The position numbers and the translations under genes were made by a program. Shown piece by piece: positions 17,117 through 23,278 of a DNA stretch of 30,476 bases (its first letter is position 1; each line of letters starts with the position of its first letter). This DNA is from a virus. The notes under the pieces are model-generated. The model was not told where the DNA came from. It searched no databases and saw only the letters and a program-made list of their open reading frames with translations. Location: the IMG/VR virus record IMGVR_UViG_3300045988_142700, positions 1 through 30,476 of that record; one strand, written 5' to 3'.

Positions 17117-17190
17117 TAAAAGTTAGTAAAAGAATTTCAAAGTTAATCAGAGAAAATCAAAGAAAATCAGAGAAAATCAAAGTTAATAGA
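17081..17190 (+). repeat. array of 11 contiguous 10-bp direct repeats (candidate tubC-like centromere)
   Basis: Units start every 10 nt from 17081 to 17181. AGAAAATCA(A/G)-type units start at 17091, 17101, 17151, 17161 and 17171. AGTT(A/G)(A/G)T(A/C)(A/G)(A/G)-type units start at 17111, 17121, 17141 and 17181. Degenerate units start at 17081 and 17131. Confidence 0.8.
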
Positions 17191-17203
17191 ACAGGTGTTT
17201 AAA

Positions 17204-17476
17204 ATGAACAGAATTATGATTGGCGTTTTGATTACATTGCGTGACAGTTCGGCACTTGACTGTCTTACAGCTATGTCTGTATACGAGCTTGCTGATACAG
17301 AGCTCCTATATGGCATCTGTGTTAATACGATACACAAAAATGTTATGAAGCTGTTAGCTTCAGGCTTTATTGATAAAGGATTTAAAGACAGTCGTGCATT
17401 AACTTATTTTGTGACGCAAAAAGGACTTGATATATTAAATAAATTAAAGACAGGAGTGATAAAAGTTGAAAGATAG
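17204..17476 (+). CDS. small winged-helix DNA-binding protein (TubR-like centromere binder, by context)
   Basis: About 90 aa. MSVYELADTELLYGICVNTIHKNVMKLLASGFIDKGFKDSRALTYFVTQKGLDIL reads as a MarR/ArsR-like winged-helix-turn-helix. Its end overlaps the tubulin-like gene. An alternative GTG start lies at 17195. Confidence 0.6.
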   Translation: MNRIMIGVLITLRDSSALDCLTAMSVYELADTELLYGICVNTIHKNVMKLLASGFIDKGFKDSRALTYFVTQKGLDILNKLKTGVIKVER

Positions 17477-18494
17477 AATTGGTTTTGTCGCAGTCGGACA
17501 GGCTGGCGGCAACATTGGAAGATTATTTGAAGATAAAGGCTATTCAGTGTTATATCTTAACACTTCGGATGAAGACCTTGAGACAATCGACGGAGTACAT
17601 AAATATCATATCAGCGGCGGAGAGGGCTGTAATAAAGACAGGGATAAGGCTAAACAGCTTGTTGTAGATGACTTTGACAATATCGCCGAACGCATTGACG
17701 AGACAGTAAGTGCAGAGCTTTTATTTGTCATATTTGCTTCAGGCGGCGGAACAGGAAGCGGAGCGGGTCCAATGCTTGCCGACTTGTTAATTGACGATTC
17801 AAGAAATGTCGGAATAATTACAGTCATTCCGTCTGAAAGCGAAAGCATAAAGTCACAGATAAACAGTTATTATTGTTTTAATGAGATTTTTGCAATTGAG
17901 CAGACAGCGGCACTGTTTGTTCTTGACAATAACAAGGGCGAACGCCGTGAGCTTAATGAAAACTTTGTAAATGCTTTTAATTCATTTATTGAAATTCCGC
18001 AGAAATATAAATCAGAGAACGGAAATATTGACAAAGCGGAAATATTTGAATCGCTCAATTCGCACGGCATGGCAATAGTTGTAAGAAGTGAAAAAAATGA
18101 CGTTGCTGAGCTTGTTGCACAAATAGACAGCGGAGTATTTGCAATTCCGGAGCATGACAAGGCAGTTAAATATATAAGCTGTGCCTGTGGTGCCAGAATT
18201 AAAGATTTTTCTGACATAAAGAAAGCTGCCGGAAATCCATTTGATGAATTTCGTGCATATTCTGATGATGAGGCAGTGCTGCTTCTTTCAGGGCTTTCAT
18301 TTCCACTGACAAGAATTAATACAATACATGAGCTTATCAATGCAAATAAAGAATCTATTATAAACAGCACAAATATAAAAAGCGTGCAGCTTAAAGATGA
18401 TTTTGACTTTTTGAGTAAAAAGGTGAATGTGCCACAGACAAAGTCACAGCCAAAATCAAGGCGTGAAATTTTAGCAAAATATCTGAATAAATAG
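17466..18494 (+). CDS. tubZ: tubulin/FtsZ-superfamily GTPase (TubZ/PhuZ-like)
   Basis: TTG start 9 nt after AGGAG. VGQAGGNIG at aa 10-18 is T1-loop-like. GGGTGSG at aa 93-99 (nt 17742-17762) is the tubulin signature. Total 342 aa. Confidence 0.8.
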   Translation: MKDRIGFVAVGQAGGNIGRLFEDKGYSVLYLNTSDEDLETIDGVHKYHISGGEGCNKDRDKAKQLVVDDFDNIAERIDETVSAELLFVIFASGGGTGSGAGPMLADLLIDDSRNVGIITVIPSESESIKSQINSYYCFNEIFAIEQTAALFVLDNNKGERRELNENFVNAFNSFIEIPQKYKSENGNIDKAEIFESLNSHGMAIVVRSEKNDVAELVAQIDSGVFAIPEHDKAVKYISCACGARIKDFSDIKKAAGNPFDEFRAYSDDEAVLLLSGLSFPLTRINTIHELINANKESIINSTNIKSVQLKDDFDFLSKKVNVPQTKSQPKSRREILAKYLNK

Positions 18495-18503
18495 TAGGAA
18501 AGA

Positions 18504-18728
18504 ATGTGTGACATGAACCGGAAGAATTCAAACGAAACACAGTATGAATTTATGACATGTTATTGTTGCGGCAGAAGATTTTACTTTGGCGGCTATACGT
18601 ATGAAAGCTATGCATATAAGGCTTGTGACGGTTATCGCCGCTGTATCTTCTGCTCGTATAAGTGTCATCAGAAATTTCTGAAATATAAGGCAGAAAGAAA
18701 AAAGAATCATAAAAGAAAAAGAGGGTGA
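18504..18728 (+). CDS. Cys/His-rich small protein with a basic C-terminal tail
   Basis: 74 aa. CYCCGRRF...CIFCSYKCHQKF followed by KAERKKNHKRKRG. Tightly linked downstream of the tubZ-like gene. Confidence 0.5.
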   Translation: MCDMNRKNSNETQYEFMTCYCCGRRFYFGGYTYESYAYKACDGYRRCIFCSYKCHQKFLKYKAERKKNHKRKRG

Positions 18729-18732
18729 GCTT

Positions 18733-19509
18733 ATGGCTGAAAAGAGAATGTTTTCGACAAAAATAATAAATAGTGATCCATTCAAAGAGATGCCGCTGTC
18801 TGCACAGGCTTTGTACTTCCATCTCGGAATGAACGCAGACGACGAGGGATTTTTAAACAATGCAAAGAGCGTACAGCGTTCAATTCTTGCATCAGAGGAT
18901 GATTTAAAACTTCTGATTGCAAAAGATTTTATCATATCTTTTCCGTCAGGCGTTATCGTCATAAAGCACTGGAAGATGCATAATCAGATACAGGCAAGCC
19001 GCCTTAAACCTACGCAGTATACAGAGGAGAGAAGCATGCTTGCCGTTAAGGAAAACAAGGCGTACACGCTTAATTTAAACAATGTTGACAATTTGTCAAC
19101 ATCTGCTGACAATCGCATTGCTAGTGTAGAAGAGTGTAGTGTAGATAAGATTAGATTAGATGAGTGTAGTGTAGTGCAGTCTGCTGAAAATATGACATCA
19201 GCACATGCAGACACACAGCTTACACATTTGTCATATTCACCTATGACATGGCAGGAATATCAATTTCTTGCGGGTAAATACGGCAAAACACTTGTTGATT
19301 CAAAGATACAGCGTGCAAGCCAGTACAAAAACACATACAACTACGCAACAATTAAAAAATGGTGTGAAGAAGATGCACAGAAGCGTAGGCACAGTAATAA
19401 ATTTAATAACTTCAGTCAACGTGAAGTCGCTGATTTTGACGCTCTTGAATTAGAATTGATTGATAACACAATTGTTCAGGATTGCAGTTCAGGTGATGAC
19501 GGTGGGTAG
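18733..19509 (+). CDS. replication initiator / replisome-organizer-like protein
   Basis: The N-terminus KRMFSTKIINSDPFKEMPLSAQALYFHLGMNADDEGFLNN...VIVIKHWKMHNQIQ matches a widespread Firmicutes phage/plasmid replication-protein N-domain. An internal repeat cluster looks like an origin. Confidence 0.6.
   Translation: MAEKRMFSTKIINSDPFKEMPLSAQALYFHLGMNADDEGFLNNAKSVQRSILASEDDLKLLIAKDFIISFPSGVIVIKHWKMHNQIQASRLKPTQYTEERSMLAVKENKAYTLNLNNVDNLSTSADNRIASVEECSVDKIRLDECSVVQSAENMTSAHADTQLTHLSYSPMTWQEYQFLAGKYGKTLVDSKIQRASQYKNTYNYATIKKWCEEDAQKRRHSNKFNNFSQREVADFDALELELIDNTIVQDCSSGDDGG
19084..19174. repeat. origin-like cluster inside the replication gene
   Basis: Perfect palindrome GTTGACAATTTGTCAAC at 19084-19100. 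GAGTGTAGTGTAG occurs at 19132-19144 and 19162-19174. A TAGTGTAG copy lies at 19122-19129, and AGATTAGATTAGAT lies between the 13-mers. Confidence 0.55.
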
Positions 19510-19579
19510 CTGCTAAAGATAAATATTAATAAAAATATATTAATTTTAATTGTATTTTGCATGGAGAGGAGAAAAAGGA

Positions 19580-19882
19580 TTGAAAACAAAGGCATATATC
19601 AGTCTGCCAGTAACAGGTACAGATGATTACAGGGAAAGAGCTTTTTTGATTGATAAAAAATTGAGGGAGTGGGGATATTCGGTTATAAATCCCGTCGTTG
19701 TATGTGATTCGCTTCCTGCGAATGAGACAACACACGAACAGTATATGAGCATTTGCCTACCGCTCATTGATATGAGTGATATTGTATTTTTTGCGGACGG
19801 CTGGGAGAAGAGCAAAGGCTGTACGCTTGAAATGTGCAGGGCAATGCAGAAAAAGAAAATGATTGTATTTATAGGGGGCTAA
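19580..19882 (+). CDS. DUF4406-like (nucleoside 2-deoxyribosyltransferase-like fold) protein
   Basis: TTG start after GGAGAGGAG. KAYISLPVTGTDDY...INPV...DIVFFADGWEKSKGCTLE fits the DUF4406 pattern. Confidence 0.45.
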   Translation: MKTKAYISLPVTGTDDYRERAFLIDKKLREWGYSVINPVVVCDSLPANETTHEQYMSICLPLIDMSDIVFFADGWEKSKGCTLEMCRAMQKKKMIVFIGG

Positions 19883-19883
19883 T

Positions 19884-20075
19884 ATGGGTGATTCAGCTAA
19901 ACAGGAGATATGTGCAATACTTGACTTGCTACACGGCTCACTTGTAAGAAACGGCGTGAGCATGGCAACAAACGAAAAAGGAGATTTGATATTTTTCGAT
20001 ACAGCGGCATATGTCAATAGCGGCAAGAAGACTATTGATGGATTTAAGGTTAATATTAATAATCTTGTTGAATAA
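19884..20075 (+). CDS. hypothetical protein (63 aa), intact copy of a duplicated small gene
   Basis: RBS GGGGG. The 3' 123 nt are repeated at 20903-21009. Confidence 0.5.
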   Translation: MGDSAKQEICAILDLLHGSLVRNGVSMATNEKGDLIFFDTAAYVNSGKKTIDGFKVNINNLVE

Positions 20076-20111
20076 GGCTCGTTTCAGCGGAAAGGAAATG
20101 GACATAGATTT

Positions 20112-20837
20112 ATGATAGTACATTGTTTATTTGAACAGTCAGGAACATTCAAGAACGCTTTCAAGAAGTATGGAATTGAAGCCTACGACTATGATATTCA
20201 GAATGAATTTAACGAAACCGACTATGTTACTGACCTTTTTAAAGAGATAGAAGGGGGGCATCAAGGCGAGCCGAGTTTGTTTGATAAGATAAGCCCTGAT
20301 GATTTGATATTTGCATTTTTCCCTTGCATAAGGTTTGAAAATCAGATAATGCTGTGGCTCAGAGGACAGTCGGCAAGTCAGAAAAAATGGTCTTTAGAAA
20401 AGAAATGCGAATTTGATATGAATTTGCTTAAAGAAGTTTCACTTATGTATGATTTAGTAAACAAATTGTTTATTATTTGCATGAGAAAAGGATTGAAGCT
20501 GGTAATGGAGAATCCTTATTCAGAAGAGCATTTTTTAAGGCGATATTGGTGTTGTTCCCCGGCGGTAATTGACAGAGATAGAAGAGATAATGGAGATTAC
20601 TTTAAAAAGCCTACACAGTATTGGTTTTTGAATTGCGAGCCACAGAACAATCTTGTTTTTGAGCCAATTAAGGATGTCGGGATATATGCTAAATGGGAGC
20701 ATCGAACAATGAATGATTATCGTGTTACTGGAGCGAGTAATGTTAAAACAGCAAGGTCAATGATACACCCACAGTACGCAGATAGATTTATCAGGGAATA
20801 TATTCTTGATGAGGAAATATGGAGAGCTAAACAATGA
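20112..20837 (+). CDS. divergent DNA cytosine-C5 methyltransferase-like protein
   Basis: 241 aa. CLFEQSGTF resembles motif I (FxGxG), FFPC resembles motif IV (PC) and VMENP resembles motif VI (ENV). No adjacent restriction endonuclease gene. Confidence 0.4.
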   Translation: MIVHCLFEQSGTFKNAFKKYGIEAYDYDIQNEFNETDYVTDLFKEIEGGHQGEPSLFDKISPDDLIFAFFPCIRFENQIMLWLRGQSASQKKWSLEKKCEFDMNLLKEVSLMYDLVNKLFIICMRKGLKLVMENPYSEEHFLRRYWCCSPAVIDRDRRDNGDYFKKPTQYWFLNCEPQNNLVFEPIKDVGIYAKWEHRTMNDYRVTGASNVKTARSMIHPQYADRFIREYILDEEIWRAKQ

Positions 20838-20971
20838 AAGACGAAACAAAGCAGGAAATACAGATTCTACTTGACCTACTCAAAGGCAGTCTTACAAAAA
20901 ATGGCGTGAGCATGGCAACAAACGAAAAAGGCGATTTAATCTTTTTCGATACAGCGGCAAGAAGACTGTAG
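20834..20971 (+). pseudogene. truncated, frameshifted paralogue of 19884..20075
   Basis: MKDETKQEIQILLDLLKGSLTKNGVSMATNEKGDLIFFDTAA, then a frameshift caused by a 16-nt deletion between two AGCGGCA copies. The remaining homologous 3' end (to 21009) is out of frame. Confidence 0.6.
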
Positions 20972-21143
20972 ATGGATTTAAGGTTAATATTAATAATCTT
21001 GTTAAATAAAGCCCGGTGCTTTTTTAATAGCCAGAAAAGGAGAATATGTCTCGAAAGAGACTTCAAGAATGGCAATACAGGCAATTGAAACTGTTCAGAA
21101 ATTATCTGAGAGGAAAATGACAATAGATGCTCTTTAAAACTAT

Positions 21144-21380
21144 ATGCAGTTTGAGGATGAATGTATTGAAAAAGGTTTTACGCTTAAAAGCGTGATTGAA
21201 GCCAGAGATAAGCAGATAGCAAAGAAAATTGAGACTTTTAATGGACAAGCGACATGTCCTAATTGCAAATATATTTTCGGAGCAATTGACGTCATTAAGA
21301 ATTTAATAGCGTGGCATATGCCATATTGCAAAGATTGCGGGCAGAAATTGGATTGGAGTGATGAAGATGAGGTTGATTGA
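21144..21380 (+). CDS. zinc-ribbon protein (78 aa)
   Basis: CPNC...CKDC. There is no RBS at the ATG, and the frame continues upstream through a TAA (see findings). Confidence 0.45.
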   Translation: MQFEDECIEKGFTLKSVIEARDKQIAKKIETFNGQATCPNCKYIFGAIDVIKNLIAWHMPYCKDCGQKLDWSDEDEVD

Positions 21381-21666
21381 TGCGGACAAGGTTATAAATA
21401 TATTGAAAGATAGGGCAACAAATGAAGCGGTTTGCGGATATATGACAGCTTACGATGTTACAAATAGCATTATAGATGAAATTGATGAGCAACCAGTCGC
21501 TTATGATGTAGATAAGGTTGTAGAACGGTTGGAAGAACTGCGAGAACTTGATGCGTGTGACTTTGATAATTGTCCTATCGAAGATATCCACTGTTGTGAT
21601 TGCACTCAAAAAAGAATGGCAGAACGAGCAATCGAGATTGTGAAAGGTGGTGGAATAGATGGCTAA
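21367..21666 (+). CDS. hypothetical phage protein (MRLIDAD... family)
   Basis: GGAG 8 nt upstream of the ATG at 21367. The N-terminus MRLIDADKV recurs in Firmicutes phages. Confidence 0.5.
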   Translation: MRLIDADKVINILKDRATNEAVCGYMTAYDVTNSIIDEIDEQPVAYDVDKVVERLEELRELDACDFDNCPIEDIHCCDCTQKRMAERAIEIVKGGGIDG

Positions 21667-21925
21667 GATATTAAATAAATGCCCTATATGTGGTGGAAGA
21701 TTAGAATACTCGGCTTTAATGCAATTCACTAAAGATTATCAAATCAAATTAAATGGTAGATTATCCAAAAACTCCAAAAATAGTGATGTATCACCTATGG
21801 AATGTGGTTTCATAAGTTGTACTGCTTGCAATTTCCATACTAATTGCGATTTGGAATGTGAAGAAAATCACAATATAAAAATATATCAAAAGAATGGAGT
21901 ATATCTGTATGAAGATGAACGATAG
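21659..21925 (+). CDS. zinc-ribbon protein (88 aa)
   Basis: CPICGG...CTAC, with RBS AAAGGTGG. Confidence 0.5.
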   Translation: MAKILNKCPICGGRLEYSALMQFTKDYQIKLNGRLSKNSKNSDVSPMECGFISCTACNFHTNCDLECEENHNIKIYQKNGVYLYEDER

Positions 21926-22418
21926 ATATTTATTCAAGGCGAATAGAGTTGATAACGGAGAATGGGTGCAAGGCTATTTAGTGTATGATAACAGGGATGA
22001 GATGTACAGGATAATTATAGAGATTCATTATTCCACAGGAACTTGTATAACAACGGATAATGCCCCAAGAGTTGATGCAGCCACTATCTGCCGATGCACA
22101 GGCTCGAAAGACAAGAACGGTAATCTGATTTGGGAGAATGATATTGTTGACTTCTTAGGGCATAAAGGGACTGTCGTATTTGAATGTGGCAGTTTTGGCA
22201 TTGCATATAAAACACCTATAGATTGGAATGGAATAGAAGCAAATATTAAGCCAATAACCGGTTGCGATAATCGTTTATATGCTTGCGAAAATGATAATTA
22301 TATATCATTGTGGGAAATCTATTGGAATTTTAATGATGAGGATGATTCGGTAAACACAGTAGAGGTTATCGGCAACATATTTGACAATCCTGAATTATTA
22401 GAAAGTGAGGAAAAGTAA
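21909..22418 (+). CDS. YopX-family protein
   Basis: YLFKANRVDNGEWVQGYL...TGSKDKNGNLIWENDIV...VIGNIFDNPELLE is the typical YopX pattern. Confidence 0.75.
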   Translation: MKMNDRYLFKANRVDNGEWVQGYLVYDNRDEMYRIIIEIHYSTGTCITTDNAPRVDAATICRCTGSKDKNGNLIWENDIVDFLGHKGTVVFECGSFGIAYKTPIDWNGIEANIKPITGCDNRLYACENDNYISLWEIYWNFNDEDDSVNTVEVIGNIFDNPELLESEEK

Positions 22419-22616
22419 TGAATTGAGTAATTTTATGTGGAAGTATTCTTGATATTAAATATCAGGGTGAGGGAAATCATCCGACTTACTCGATAGAAAG
22501 AGTATCAGCGTTGATTCTTATGAAATGAGTGCAAGACAATTGAACACTGACAATTTAATATAACGGATATTACAAAAAATAAACTAAAAATTATTAAAAT
22601 AATTTGTTAAAAACTA

Positions 22617-22645
22617 TTGACATATGGATAACCATATAGTATAAT
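22617..22645 (+). promoter_or_regulatory. perfect consensus sigma-A promoter with a palindrome in the spacer
   Basis: TTGACA, 17-nt spacer, TATAAT. The spacer contains ATATGG-ATAA-CCATAT. Confidence 0.65.
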
Positions 22646-22677
22646 ATAGACATGTTAAGGAAAGGAGGAAAAAACAG

Positions 22678-22797
22678 ATGAGCAAAAAAAAGAAAAAGAG
22701 CCATAATTATGAATTGGCAAAGTTAATTATTAATGCGGTAATCGCCTCTGCTGCATTAATAACGGCAATCGCCAATCTTATTATGGCTCTAAGGTAA
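22678..22797 (+). CDS. 39-aa lysine-rich, single-TM peptide (type I toxin-like or small membrane effector)
   Basis: RBS AAAGGAGG. Translation is MSKKKKKSHNYELAKLIINAVIASAALITAIANLIMALR. Confidence 0.5.
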   Translation: MSKKKKKSHNYELAKLIINAVIASAALITAIANLIMALR

Positions 22798-22803
22798 AGG
22801 CAA

Positions 22804-22819
22804 GGGAGGGAAACCTCCC
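22804..22819. terminator. GC-rich hairpin after the small peptide gene
   Basis: GGGAGG-GAAA-CCTCCC, followed by AACCCTTTTAT. Confidence 0.4.
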
Positions 22820-22857
22820 AACCCTTTTATATTATAGCACATCTGTTGAAATATAAT

Positions 22858-23031
22858 ATGAAAAATTTATTAAGATTTTCAGAGATTTTTTTAATTGTAG
22901 CGTGGGTGATATTTTTAACAAACAGGAATGTACCAACAAGCATATTATTGTTATTGGCAGCTATATATATGCTCGTTGAAGTGATTCCAATGATAAGAGA
23001 GGAAGTGAAAAAGAGACGTGCCAAAAGGTAA
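22858..23031 (+). CDS. small two-TM membrane protein (57 aa)
   Basis: MKNLLRFSEIFLIVAWVIFLTNRNVPTSILLLLAAIYMLVEVIPMIREEVKKRRAKR. Confidence 0.45.
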   Translation: MKNLLRFSEIFLIVAWVIFLTNRNVPTSILLLLAAIYMLVEVIPMIREEVKKRRAKR

Positions 23032-23212
23032 TCCGACAGCTCAAACGAAAGCTTCAGCAAAATATCAGGCAAAGGTAGGATATATCACAAAAGGTTTCAA
23101 GATGAAAAAGGAACTTGCTGATGAGTTCGCTCTTGCCTGTGAAAAGGCTGGAGTAAGCCAGTCCTCGGTCATAACTAATTTCATGAGAGAATTTATAGAA
23201 AAAAATAAGTAA
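23018..23212 (+). CDS. Arc/CopG-like ribbon-helix-helix protein (paralogue of 13456..13650)
   Basis: GTG start. TKASAKYQAKVGYITKGFKMKKELADEFALACEKAGVSQSSVITNFMREFIEK aligns along its full length with the other RHH protein. Confidence 0.5.
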   Translation: MPKGNPTAQTKASAKYQAKVGYITKGFKMKKELADEFALACEKAGVSQSSVITNFMREFIEKNK

Positions 23213-23220
23213 ATTAAAGT

Positions 23221-23257
23221 CCGTTACCATTGTTAATTGATGGTAGCGGGCTTTTTT
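23221..23257 (+). terminator. rho-independent terminator
   Basis: 10-bp stem CCGTTACCAT/ATGGTAGCGG, 9-nt loop, then GCTTTTTT. Confidence 0.7.
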
Positions 23258-23278
23258 CGTATGGAGAGGAGTATTTAA

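Noticed and set aside
17081-17190. Whether the repeat array could be a CRISPR array or a simple microsatellite
   Set aside because: The units are 10 bp, contiguous, degenerate and have no spacers. The position directly upstream of a DNA-binding gene and a filament gene fits an iteron or centromere array better.
17870-18514. 214-aa minus-strand ORF antisense to the tubulin-like gene
   Set aside because: It is a shadow ORF of a gene with clear family signatures on the + strand, with no start context.
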